Source: Ferruginibacter sp. (GTDB lineage: Bacteria > Bacteroidota > Bacteroidia > Chitinophagales > Chitinophagaceae). Taken from it: a DNA stretch of 49,109 nt. A program made the position numbers and the translations under genes. Under the pieces are notes generated by a model. The model worked only from the letters and a program-made list of their open reading frames with translations. It was not told the origin of the DNA and searched no databases. The stretch is taken from contig JANMFB010000277.1 in assembly GCA_031377605.1 (NCBI GenBank), positions 1 through 49,109 on the forward strand. Reading direction: 5' to 3'. Below are positions 40,181 through 49,109 of the stretch, piece after piece. How positions within the stretch are numbered: position 1 is the stretch's first letter; each line of letters starts with the position of its first letter.

Positions 40181-40299
40181 GAAGACGTTATATATTAGAT
40201 TTCAGATACTAAGTAAAATACAGCACTCCCTTCTTCTTTAATCTTAAAATCGAAGCTTACGATTCAAATCTTTTGTCTCAAATCTTGTGTCTTGTCTCT
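40181..40299. repeat. Inverted pair of degenerate 7-nt arrays between dprA and guaB
   Basis: Left arm: GAAGACG TTATATA TTAGATT TCAGATA. Right arm: CAAATCT TTTGTCT CAAATCT TGTGTCT TGTCTCT (40265-40299). Confidence 0.7.
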
Positions 40300-40318
40300 T
40301 TTGTATTTATCTTTGCCT

Positions 40319-41812
40319 ATGGCAACTAAAAAATCTCCCACAAACATTTTCACAAACAAATTTTTTGGCGAAGGGCTCACTTTCGACGACATTTTACTAG
40401 TACCTGCTTACTCGCAAGTTTTACCTCGTGATGTGAACATACAAACCATGCTCACAAAGAACATTAAGCTAAATGTTCCTTTATTAAGTGCAGCCATGGA
40501 TACTGTTACAGAAGCAACTTTGGCAATAGCACTTGCCAGAGAAGGAGGGCTTGGCATCTTACATAAAAACATGAGTATAGAGCAGCAGGCAGACCAAGTA
40601 CGTAAGGTAAAAAGAAGTGAAAATGGGCTCATTTTAGATCCGATAACGCTTACTGCTGAAGCAACTGTAGGTGAAGCAATGCGCATAATGGCCGAAAATA
40701 AAATTGGTGGTATTCCAATTGTAGACGCTACCAATAAATTGATTGGAATATTAACAAATAGAGATTTAAGATTCGAAATAAATAAAAAAATAAAAGTGAG
40801 TGAGGTAATGACTAAAGAAAACCTCATTACTGCACCGGAAGGAACTGATTTAAAAAAAGCAGAATTAATTTTCAAGAAAAATAAAATAGAAAAATTACCT
40901 GTTGTTAACAAGCAAGGTAAACTCATAGGGTTGGTAACTTTTGGAGATATTTTAAAACTAAAAAGTCACCCAAATGCGGTAAAAGATTCTTTCGGAAGAT
41001 TAATTGTAGGAGCAGGTGTAGGTATAACAAATGATACCATGCTACGAGTAGAATCTCTTTACAAAGCAGGTGTAGATATTATTTGTTTGGATAGTGCCCA
41101 TGGCCATACAAAAGGCGTGATAGACATGTTGAAAGTCATCAAAAAAGCATACAAAGATCTAGATGTAATAGCAGGGAATATTGCTACTGCAGATGGTGCA
41201 CTTGCACTAGCAAACGCGGGTGCAGATGCTATAAAAGTAGGTATTGGTCCTGGTTCTATTTGTACTACAAGAATTGTAGCAGGTACTGGTGTTCCACAAA
41301 TTACAGCTGTATTGGAAGCTGCAAAAGCACTGAGTAAAAAAAATATTGGTATTATAAGTGATGGTGGCATCCGTTACACAGGCGATATGGTAAAGGCATT
41401 ATCTGCAGGTGCATCATGCGTAATGATGGGCAACATGTTTGCAGGTACAGAAGAAAGCCCGGGAGAAACTATAATCTATGAGGGAAGAAAATTTAAACAA
41501 TACAGGGGCATGGGTTCGCTTGGTGCAATGGCACAAGGTAGTAGTGACAGATATTTTCAAGATGTAGAAGATGACATAAAAAAGTTTGTACCTGAGGGTA
41601 TAGAAGGACGTGTGGCCTTTAAAGGAAGCTTGAAGGAAGTAGTACATCAGTTTACAGGAGGATTAAAGGCTGGCATGGGCTACTGTGGTGCAGCAGATAT
41701 TAAAGCGCTGCAACGAGATTCAAAATTTGTAAAAATTACAAGCTCGGGTATTACAGAAAGCCATGCACATGACATTGCTATCACAAAAGAAGCACCAAAT
41801 TATAGTAGGTAA
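40319..41812 (+). CDS. guaB: IMP dehydrogenase
   Basis: [13 protein letters not shown], a CBS pair, [10 protein letters not shown] and YRGMGS; likely ATG at 40319 after TATCTTTG. Confidence 0.97.
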   Translation: MATKKSPTNIFTNKFFGEGLTFDDILLVPAYSQVLPRDVNIQTMLTKNIKLNVPLLSAAMDTVTEATLAIALAREGGLGILHKNMSIEQQADQVRKVKRSENGLILDPITLTAEATVGEAMRIMAENKIGGIPIVDATNKLIGILTNRDLRFEINKKIKVSEVMTKENLITAPEGTDLKKAELIFKKNKIEKLPVVNKQGKLIGLVTFGDILKLKSHPNAVKDSFGRLIVGAGVGITNDTMLRVESLYKAGVDIICLDSAHGHTKGVIDMLKVIKKAYKDLDVIAGNIATADGALALANAGADAIKVGIGPGSICTTRIVAGTGVPQITAVLEAAKALSKKNIGIISDGGIRYTGDMVKALSAGASCVMMGNMFAGTEESPGETIIYEGRKFKQYRGMGSLGAMAQGSSDRYFQDVEDDIKKFVPEGIEGRVAFKGSLKEVVHQFTGGLKAGMGYCGAADIKALQRDSKFVKITSSGITESHAHDIAITKEAPNYSR

Positions 41813-42036
41813 AAACGTTCCGCTTTTTGTATGATTTGGTTATTAGCATTTAATCTTCATGGCATCTCCATAGGCAAGATTTCTTTGTTATGTTTTTCAT
41901 TTTGGGGGAAAAGAAAAAGATAATCACTATTGATCATTATATCTTTTCTCATCATTTATTATGGTGTAGTATTATGCAAGTTGATTTTAAAATTATTTAC
42001 CAAGGATTACCACTTTTATAGTTCAATTCATTTAAA

Positions 42037-42477
42037 ATGGCGATGAAACTTAAAATAGACAACGAAACGCTGATTGAAGAATTCTTCGAAAACACTTGTC
42101 TATTGGGCATAGTTGCTCCTATGAAAGATTATTTAATAACATGGCATATAAATCAGTCACTAGGTTTTAATTTTAAAATAAATCACGGTATAGAAATAAA
42201 ACTAATCAAGAAAGAACGTACTTATTATTTCTCTATGTACGAATTTTTAGTACCAGGTTCTCAAATGGTACATTATTTATACAACAACCAAGATGATGGA
42301 GAATATCTATTGCCCGAGTTTAAACACTTAGATTTTCTTTGGTTAGCAAAAGGAGAGCAAATGGAAAGGCAAGAAGTGCAAAGCTTACAACAATCTTTGA
42401 GAACTATACCAAGCGTACAATTGGTTACAGAAATGACTAATGAAAAAATAAAGAACAAACAATTTTTAATTTTTTAG
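42037..42477 (+). CDS. IPExxxVDY-like family protein
   Basis: LLGI..P.KDY...W.IN..L and YLLPEFKHLDF motifs with a K.K..LIF terminus. Confidence 0.7.
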   Translation: MAMKLKIDNETLIEEFFENTCLLGIVAPMKDYLITWHINQSLGFNFKINHGIEIKLIKKERTYYFSMYEFLVPGSQMVHYLYNNQDDGEYLLPEFKHLDFLWLAKGEQMERQEVQSLQQSLRTIPSVQLVTEMTNEKIKNKQFLIF

Positions 42478-42535
42478 GAGCAAAAATATCCTTTCAAAAA
42501 TGCAAAACAAATCTTAATTTACATAAAAGAAAATT

Positions 42536-42766
42536 ATGTGGAAAGAAGAAGACAATAAACTTTACAAGAAATTTAAATTTACAGATTTTTCAGAAGCGTT
42601 TGCTTTTATGACAAGGGTTGCAATACTTGCAGAAAAAGCAGACCATCATCCTACTTGGCAAAATACGTACAATGTAGTAGAGATATGGCTTAGCACGCAC
42701 GACAAAAACAATACAGTTACAGAAAAAGACAGAAAGCTTTCTAATGCAATAGATGCGTTACTATAA
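42536..42766 (+). CDS. Pterin-4-alpha-carbinolamine dehydratase
   Basis: F.F.DF.EAF.FM..VA..AE..DHHP.W.N.Y..V.I.L.THD motif. Confidence 0.92.
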   Translation: MWKEEDNKLYKKFKFTDFSEAFAFMTRVAILAEKADHHPTWQNTYNVVEIWLSTHDKNNTVTEKDRKLSNAIDALL

Positions 42767-42866
42767 AAATACTTTGAATTATTAAAGTGATTTTTGAAAT
42801 TGAATAGAATAAATTTTGAGGCTGAAACAGTTTCGCACATGCGTTTTTCTGTCCTTACAACTTAAT

Positions 42867-43763
42867 TTATTCTACTTCTACTTGCTTTTTTGAAACTGCA
42901 CCCTCAAAAACCTCAGGGATAAAAACCCTACTATATGGATTGTATCCATTTCCTTTCTCTAGAAAATGTACCCGCATGTTTTCTATACTTATCGGACTAC
43001 CATCAGGAATATCAGCAATATTGCTGTGTTTAATATCATGCCCATCTAAAATTACCACCAAACCACTTCCTATAGCCTCCATTGTTTTCCCGTCTCTTAT
43101 AAGCACTCCTGTGTCTTCACCTAGCCCTATACCTATACAAGAAGGATTACTTGAAACTGCTTGAGCTAGCCTACCAAAACGTCCTCTTTTTTCAAAATGA
43201 GAATCAAATATCACATCATCCATAAACCCAAGCCCGGTTGTTATTTTTACTTCACCTTTTAAATGTGCTTTTGCTGCATTGCCTTCATAAATCATTGTAT
43301 TACTCATTGCCATAGCACCTGCGGAAGTACCCGCTACCAAAAAGTTTATTTCATTGTGATAACGTTCTAACAGGATTTGTAAAAAAGCAGTGCCACCAAA
43401 TGTAGTCGTAAGCCTTAATTGATTACCACCTGTAAACATAAGTGCATCACAGTTTCTGAGGCGCTCAATATAAGTTTCATCGGCTGCATCGTGCCTATTT
43501 CTTATGTGCATAAGGCCTATATTTATACAGCCAATTTTGCTAAAAGCATTGAGGTAATACTCTCCTACTTCTAATGGTATCATACTAGCAGTTGTAATTA
43601 CTTCAATTCTTTTTGTATTACCACCTACTTCTTCTACAATTCTTTTTAATATACCAAGCTCATAAAAATTGAGGTTATGCTGTAATAATTTTACAGTTTC
43701 GAGGTCTGTTCCTTTATCTTCCGCTCCGCCAATGGCTACGAGTTTTCCTTTTGGAAATTCCAT
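42867..43763 (-). CDS. cphB: Cyanophycinase (peptidase S51)
   Basis: IGGAEDK, TGGNQLRL, GTSAGA, DSHF..RGR.GRL and GIGLGEDT motifs. Confidence 0.88.
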   Translation of the reverse strand: MEFPKGKLVAIGGAEDKGTDLETVKLLQHNLNFYELGILKRIVEEVGGNTKRIEVITTASMIPLEVGEYYLNAFSKIGCINIGLMHIRNRHDAADETYIERLRNCDALMFTGGNQLRLTTTFGGTAFLQILLERYHNEINFLVAGTSAGAMAMSNTMIYEGNAAKAHLKGEVKITTGLGFMDDVIFDSHFEKRGRFGRLAQAVSSNPSCIGIGLGEDTGVLIRDGKTMEAIGSGLVVILDGHDIKHSNIADIPDGSPISIENMRVHFLEKGNGYNPYSRVFIPEVFEGAVSKKQVEVE

Positions 43764-43957
43764 GTATATCCGAGTTATGGTTAGTGCAAAAATAACGGTA
43801 ATGACTGTATATTATTTTATTGTTATCAACTTAATGTTAATTATTAACGTAGATTTTAGTTAATACCCAAATAATATCAGTGGAATTCATATATAAACAA
43901 TTTTCCATTATTGAATATTTTTTGATTGAAAAAAACTAAAACACTTAATTTGCAGCT

Positions 43958-44788
43958 ATGCAACAATACCATTCTTTGCTCAAAAGTATTATTGAAACTG
44001 GCTGTGATAAAGCAGATCGAACAGGCACAGGCACAAGAAGTATCTTTGGGTATCAAATGAGATTCAATTTAGCCGAAGGATTCCCATTGGTTACAACCAA
44101 AAAAGTACACTTAAAAAGCATAATACACGAGTTACTTTGGTTTTTGCAAGGCGATACAAACATTGCTTATCTTAAGGAGCACAATGTAAAAATATGGGAT
44201 GAATGGGCAGACGAAAATGGTAATCTTGGCCCTGTGTATGGCAAGCAATGGAGAAATTGGTCCGCAGGATCCGGCGGAGAAGGTTCAAATGGGGAAGAAA
44301 TAGACCAAGTAAAAGATGTAATTAATCAACTAAAAAATAACCCTGATAGCAGAAGAATAATCATAAGTGCATGGAATGTGGCAGACTTGCCGAAAATGAA
44401 ACTTATGCCGTGCCATTGTCTATTTCAATTTTATACAGGTGCGCCAAATGCTGACGGAAGAAGAAAGTTAAGCTGTCAATTGTACCAAAGAAGTGCAGAT
44501 GTATTCCTTGGAGTACCTTTTAACATTGCATCGTATGCATTACTTACAATGTTGATAGCTCAAGTATGCGATATGGATTTGGGAGATTTTGTGCACACTT
44601 TTGGCGATGTACATTTATATAGCAATCATTTTGAGCAAGCCAATTTGCAATTAACTAGAACTCCATTTCCTTTGCCACAAATGAAAATAAATAAAGAGGT
44701 TAAAGATATTTTTAGTTTCAAGTACGAAGATTTCGAACTATTAAACTACCAAAGTCATGAAGCTATAAAAGCACCTGTAGCTGTGTAA
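43958..44788 (+). CDS. thyA: Thymidylate synthase
   Basis: [38 protein letters not shown] and GVPFNIASY motifs. Confidence 0.98.
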   Translation: MQQYHSLLKSIIETGCDKADRTGTGTRSIFGYQMRFNLAEGFPLVTTKKVHLKSIIHELLWFLQGDTNIAYLKEHNVKIWDEWADENGNLGPVYGKQWRNWSAGSGGEGSNGEEIDQVKDVINQLKNNPDSRRIIISAWNVADLPKMKLMPCHCLFQFYTGAPNADGRRKLSCQLYQRSADVFLGVPFNIASYALLTMLIAQVCDMDLGDFVHTFGDVHLYSNHFEQANLQLTRTPFPLPQMKINKEVKDIFSFKYEDFELLNYQSHEAIKAPVAV

Positions 44789-44883
44789 GGAAATGTAAAA
44801 GGCGAAGTTCGTAAAATAAGAATTGTAAATAAAGTATGATAAATCTAATTTCAGATTTAAATAATACTAATAATAATTACGAA

Positions 44884-45282
44884 ATGAATGAAAGAAAATA
44901 TGATTTAGGGGAGAGGTTAGTTTCTTTCGTTTGTTTAATTCTAGAAGTATGTGATTTGTTACCAAACTCCAAAGCAGGCCAAAATCTTGAACATAAATTG
45001 TCAAAAAGCGGTACTTCTCCGGCTTTATATAATGGTGAGGCTCAAGCAGCAGAATCAAAACAAGATTTTATACACAAAATGAAAATATGTTTAAAGGAAC
45101 TTAGAGAAACAAAAATAACGCCTCGAATAATAATTCAAAAATCTCTAATAGTAAATGAAAAGCTAGAAATTATTTTGAAAGAGTGCAATGAATTGATTGC
45201 AATATTTGCCTCAAGCATAGAAACTACAAAGAGAAATCTCATAATAAAAAATAATTTGTTCATTAGAAACTTTAGCATTTAA
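44884..45282 (+). CDS. Four helix bundle protein (23S rRNA intervening-sequence protein / TIGR02436-like), possibly degenerate
   Basis: YDLxERL..F, SGTSPAL..GEAQAAES..DFIHKMKI.LKELRET and LKECNELIAIF motifs; probable start MNERKYDL at 44884 (the ORF is open from 44836). Confidence 0.88.
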   Translation: MNERKYDLGERLVSFVCLILEVCDLLPNSKAGQNLEHKLSKSGTSPALYNGEAQAAESKQDFIHKMKICLKELRETKITPRIIIQKSLIVNEKLEIILKECNELIAIFASSIETTKRNLIIKNNLFIRNFSI

Positions 45283-45301
45283 CATTCTACATTTAATATT
45301 T

Positions 45302-45790
45302 ATGCTTTCACTCATCGTAGCCGCTTCTGCAAACAACGCCATAGGCAAGTCAAATCAAATGCTGTGGCACCTCCCCGAAGATTTTAAATTTTTCAAAAAT
45401 ACTACTTGGGGTTTGCCTATTATTATGGGTAGAAAAACATTTGAATCCATTGGTAAAGCACTTCCAGGCAGAACAAACATAGTAGTAACTAGCAATGTAG
45501 CATTACAAATAGCAGAAGTACATGCAGTAAGGAGTATTGATGAAGCAATAAAACTTGCAGAAAGTACCAATGCAAAAGAAATTTTCATTACGGGCGGTGG
45601 TGAGATTTATAAACAAACAATGCCCATTGCAGATAAAATCTATATTACAAGAGTTAATACACATATTGACGGAGATGCATTTTTCCCCGAAATAGATGAA
45701 AATATATGGACATGTAACTATGAAATGAATGTAAAAGCAGATGAAAAAAATATATTTGATATGAGCTTTCAAACTTGGGTAAGGAAATAA
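45302..45790 (+). CDS. folA: Dihydrofolate reductase
   Basis: LIVA...N.AIG, WHLPEDF..FK, IMGRKTFESIG..LPGR.NIV, GGGEIY and GDAFFP motifs. Confidence 0.97.
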   Translation: MLSLIVAASANNAIGKSNQMLWHLPEDFKFFKNTTWGLPIIMGRKTFESIGKALPGRTNIVVTSNVALQIAEVHAVRSIDEAIKLAESTNAKEIFITGGGEIYKQTMPIADKIYITRVNTHIDGDAFFPEIDENIWTCNYEMNVKADEKNIFDMSFQTWVRK

Positions 45791-45889
45791 TTATTATTGG
45801 ATAATTTTATAAATGATAATGTGAAACAAAACAACTTGTTTACTACTAATATTTCAAATTCCTATATCCAAATCATTAAACACTAACCA

Positions 45890-46684
45890 TTGTACTCCCA
45901 GTTTCAGCTAGCCACAAAGTATTTAAAATATTATTTTACTGCTTCTAATAGCAAAGGGCATGGTATGCATTCTCCTTTTGTGTTTGACTTTATTAAATTT
46001 GTACTAAACGATAAAACCATATATCCAATATATGCGGAAGTAGAAAGGATGAGAACGGTATTGTTATGCAATAATGAAAGTATAGAGGTAGAGGACTTTG
46101 GTGCAGGTTCTTCCCTTATAAAAACAAAAAAAAGAATTGTAAAAGATATTGCATCTTCCTCTCTAAAGCCAAAAAAATATAGCCAACTTTTATTTAGAAT
46201 AATTAAATACTATAATAAAAGAAATATCTTAGAATTGGGCACTTCATTAGGGATAACAACAGCCTACTTATCATCAGTGGACGATGCTAAAGTAACAACA
46301 ATGGAAGGTTCTCAAAATATTGCCAATATTGCAAAACAAAATTTCAACAAACTGAAACGGGAAAATATATGCTTGACTATTGGAGAGTTTGGAAAAACAC
46401 TACCCACCTATTTGCAATCAAATAAGAATATCGATTTAGCATTTATAGACGGGAATCATAGAAAAAACCCAACAATTGAATATTTTAAGCAACTATTACC
46501 AAATATTGATGAAGAAACTTTTCTAATTTTTGACGATATTCATTGGAGTAAAGAAATGGAAGAAGCTTGGGAGTATATTAAAAAACATACAGCTGTAACG
46601 CTCAGCATCGATTTGTTTTTTATAGGAATAGTTTTTTTTAAAAAAGATTTTAAAGTAAAGCAACATTTTACCATTAGGTTTTAA
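45890..46684 (+). CDS. Class I SAM-dependent methyltransferase (Methyltransf_24-like)
   Basis: GHGMHSPFVF, LELGTSLGITT, FIDGNH and DDIHWS motifs; TTG start. Confidence 0.85.
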   Translation: MYSQFQLATKYLKYYFTASNSKGHGMHSPFVFDFIKFVLNDKTIYPIYAEVERMRTVLLCNNESIEVEDFGAGSSLIKTKKRIVKDIASSSLKPKKYSQLLFRIIKYYNKRNILELGTSLGITTAYLSSVDDAKVTTMEGSQNIANIAKQNFNKLKRENICLTIGEFGKTLPTYLQSNKNIDLAFIDGNHRKNPTIEYFKQLLPNIDEETFLIFDDIHWSKEMEEAWEYIKKHTAVTLSIDLFFIGIVFFKKDFKVKQHFTIRF

Positions 46685-46716
46685 TTTATTGTATCTTACA
46701 AACATTAATTTTTACT

Positions 46717-47832
46717 ATGACAATTGGAGTTTTAAAAGAACATGGAACAGAAACAAGGGTTTCATTATTGCCAGAACATATTGCTGCTTTTACAAAACTG
46801 CAAGTACAAGTTTTGGTAGAAACAGATGCTGGAAAAAAGTCATTCGCATCTGATGAGGACTATCAAAATGCAGGGGCTAAAATAGATAGTAGAAATAATA
46901 TTTTGCTGCAGGCTGAAATCATACTTTCTATAAATACCCTTTCTGATGGTGATATTGCAAACTGCAATGGAAAAATATTGTTAGGGTTCTATCAACCACT
47001 ATTTAATGCAGCTCAAATAAAAACCCTGAGTAATAAGGATTTTACTTTGTTCAGTATAGATATGATTCCTCGTACTACAAGGGCTCAAAGTATGGATGTG
47101 TTGAGCAGTCAAGCAAATATTGCTGGTTACAAAGCGGTTTTACTTGCTGCAAATATGTACCCTAAATATTTCCCCATGTTTATGACTGCTGCAGGAAGTA
47201 TTCCTCCTGCAAAAATGCTCATCCTTGGTGCAGGCGTTGCAGGATTACAGGCAATAGCTACGGCAAAAAGATTAGGTGCGGTGGTAGAAGTTTTTGATAC
47301 AAGGCCACAAGTAAAAGAAGAAGTAATGAGCCTAGGTGCAAAATTTGTAGAAGTGGAAGGTGCAGCAGATGCGGCTAGCGCAGGCGGTTATGCAGTGGAG
47401 CAAACAGCCGAGTTTATGCAAAAACAGAAAGCAAGAATTGCGGAAAGTGTTGCCAAATCTGATATTATTATAACAACAGCAGCAATTCAAGGAAAGAAAG
47501 CACCAATCTTGATTACTGAAGAAATGATTAACAGTATGAAAAAAGGTTCTGTAATTATTGATTTAGCGGCTTCTACCGGAGGAAATACTGCATGCACAAA
47601 AAATGATGAAACTGTTCATGTAAATGGCGTTTCCATCATTGCAGCATCTAACCTTGCTGGTACAATGCCAAGTGATGCAAGTAAATTATACGGAAAAAAC
47701 ATTCTAAATTTTTTACAACTCATTATTAAAGACGGAGAAGTAAATTTAAATTTTGAGGATGATTTGGTAAAAGGAACTTGTGTGGCGCACGGAGGAAAAA
47801 TAACAAACGAAAGAGTTTTGGCTTTAATATAA
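46717..47832 (+). CDS. pntAA: NAD(P) transhydrogenase subunit alpha, part 1 (domain I)
   Basis: ETRVS, PRTTRAQSMDVLSSQANIAGYKAV, GAGVAGLQA and GGYA motifs. Confidence 0.95.
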   Translation: MTIGVLKEHGTETRVSLLPEHIAAFTKLQVQVLVETDAGKKSFASDEDYQNAGAKIDSRNNILLQAEIILSINTLSDGDIANCNGKILLGFYQPLFNAAQIKTLSNKDFTLFSIDMIPRTTRAQSMDVLSSQANIAGYKAVLLAANMYPKYFPMFMTAAGSIPPAKMLILGAGVAGLQAIATAKRLGAVVEVFDTRPQVKEEVMSLGAKFVEVEGAADAASAGGYAVEQTAEFMQKQKARIAESVAKSDIIITTAAIQGKKAPILITEEMINSMKKGSVIIDLAASTGGNTACTKNDETVHVNGVSIIAASNLAGTMPSDASKLYGKNILNFLQLIIKDGEVNLNFEDDLVKGTCVAHGGKITNERVLALI

Positions 47833-47841
47833 ACACAAAAT

Positions 47842-47939
47842 GTTTGGCAAAAGATATTAGACTTTACAATTAGATGCTGTTATTAAAGTCGATGGATTAG
47901 AAAAAGATAGAATTCAATCTTAATTTTCTAAACCAGTTG
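47842..47939 (+). pseudogene. Possible frameshifted N-terminal remnant of a four helix bundle gene
   Basis: Reads VWQKILDF, then after a frameshift DAVIKVDGLEKDR, then FLNQL. This resembles the VWQK..DF...QL start of four-helix-bundle proteins; recognised by eye only. Confidence 0.4.
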
Positions 47940-47971
47940 TTTTAAAAATATTACATATAAAATACATAACA

Positions 47972-48280
47972 ATGCAAACATTTTTTAACTTTTTTACCAA
48001 TAACCAGCAATTGATTTACATGGTTATTCTCATGATTTTTTTGGGCATAGAGGTAATAGGTAGAGTGCCAAGTGTACTTCACACACCATTAATGAGTGGC
48101 GCAAATGCCATACACGGCGTAGTTATTATTGGTGCTTTAATTGTAATGGGAGAGGCTGCCTCTGATAATTATGTTGCCCTAATTCTAGGATTTCTTGCTG
48201 TAGTTTTAGGCACTTTAAATGTCGTAGGAGGATTTGTAGTAACTGATAGAATGCTAGAAATGTTTAAGAAGAAAAAATAA
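47972..48280 (+). CDS. pntAB: NAD(P) transhydrogenase subunit alpha, part 2 (membrane)
   Basis: VPSVLHTPLMSGANAIHG and NVVGGFVVTDRML motifs. Confidence 0.95.
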   Translation: MQTFFNFFTNNQQLIYMVILMIFLGIEVIGRVPSVLHTPLMSGANAIHGVVIIGALIVMGEAASDNYVALILGFLAVVLGTLNVVGGFVVTDRMLEMFKKKK

Positions 48281-48393
48281 TAGAACTAATCAGTGCACAT
48301 AAAACAGCAAATTAAATTAACCAATTCATACAATTATAAAGTTTCGTTTGCGAACGATATTAATTATCCATTATAAAATTATTTATTAAAGAA

Positions 48394-49109
48394 ATGCTTT
48401 CATCTATACTCAATATTATTTATCTCATTGCCTCAGTTACTTTTATTTTAGGATTAAAAATGCTATCACATCCAGAGTCTGCTCGTCGTGGAAACCTTGT
48501 GGCGGCAGGAGGAATGGGGCTTGCTATTTTTGGGACTATTTTTTTATATACAACAACTGAAGGAAACCATTTAGGCAATTTAGGTTGGATGTTTGCAGCC
48601 CTGTTAATTGGTGCGGTGCTAGGCTCAGTAAGTTCTCGCAAGGTAAAAATGACTGCTATGCCAGAAATGGTGAGTTTATTTAATGGTATGGGTGGGGCTT
48701 GTGCCATGCTTATTTCGTTAATAGAATTTAATCGCATTAGTGGAACTATTATTGAACTTGGGCATTTCATTGCAATTGTATTAGGACTTATTATTGGTAG
48801 CATTTCTTTTGCTGGTAGTATAATTGCCTATTTAAAATTAAGTGGTAAACTAAAAGATTTCAGCTTTCCTGGGCAGCATATTTTTAATGCAGTTTTATTT
48901 TTTATTATTCTCGCAGGGGCAGTAATCACTTACAATGCTAGTGCCGAAAATGCTAGTATGTATTTTTATGTAACATTTAGCTTAGCTATTGTTTATGGGA
49001 TATTCTTTGTGTTACCTATTGGTGGAGCAGATATGCCTGTTGTAATTTCGTTGCTCAATTCGCTTACTGGTGTAGCGGCAGCATGTGGTGGCTTTTTGTA
49101 TGATAACAA
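48394..49109 (+). CDS. pntB: NAD(P) transhydrogenase subunit beta (partial, truncated by window end)
   Basis: Manual translation from ATG 48394: ...LGLKMLSHPESARRGN...MTAMPEMVSLFNGMGG...PIGGADMPVVISLLNSLTG. Confidence 0.95.
   Translation, partial: MLSSILNIIYLIASVTFILGLKMLSHPESARRGNLVAAGGMGLAIFGTIFLYTTTEGNHLGNLGWMFAALLIGAVLGSVSSRKVKMTAMPEMVSLFNGMGGACAMLISLIEFNRISGTIIELGHFIAIVLGLIIGSISFAGSIIAYLKLSGKLKDFSFPGQHIFNAVLFFIILAGAVITYNASAENASMYFYVTFSLAIVYGIFFVLPIGGADMPVVISLLNSLTGVAAACGGFLYDN

Noticed and set aside
41855-41960. About 32-codon minus-strand ORF downstream of guaB
   Set aside because: Short and AT-rich, with no recognisable motif.
44836-45282. Diversity-generating retroelement, given the Avd-like gene
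   Set aside because: No reverse transcriptase and no template/variable repeat pair with adenine-specific differences was seen in the window.
35417-45790. A dedicated folate/pterin/7-deazaguanine or DNA-modification cluster (folD, queE, guaB, PCD, thyA, folA)
   Set aside because: The genes are interspersed with unrelated ones, and no dpdA/tgt paralogue or queC/queD is present; ordinary housekeeping scatter explains it.

Overview
AT-rich chromosomal window from a Bacteroidota genome, probably Chitinophagaceae-like. This is inferred from TAnnTTTG promoters, a SusC/SusD pair, a T9SS C-terminal domain and a long-form IspG. It is mostly housekeeping genes: ispG, queA, nadB, rsmE, pyrD, thiolase, folD, queE, dprA, guaB, thyA, folA and pntAA/AB/B. 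It also holds a class D beta-lactamase-like gene, an ECF sigma/anti-sigma/beta-barrel trio, a TonB receptor with a tandem palindromic operator, a CAZyme-free susCD locus and a cyanophycinase. I saw no rRNA, tRNA, CRISPR array or intact transposase. The most unusual signal is non-genic. Degenerate 7-nt (sometimes 8-nt) tandem arrays, usually arranged as a purine-rich arm followed by a roughly complementary pyrimidine-rich arm, sit in frame inside ispG (one), pyrD (three clear, one weak) and rsmE. They also occupy several stop-to-start junctions and flank a four-helix-bundle (23S rRNA IVP/Avd-like) gene between thyA and folA. An 18-nt near-perfect palindrome lies in frame in thyA, and several REP/MITE-like palindromic elements are intergenic. 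Together these suggest a family of small repeat elements, possibly linked to four-helix-bundle cassettes, that invade coding sequence; that link is inference. All protein identities come from motif recognition, not database searches.
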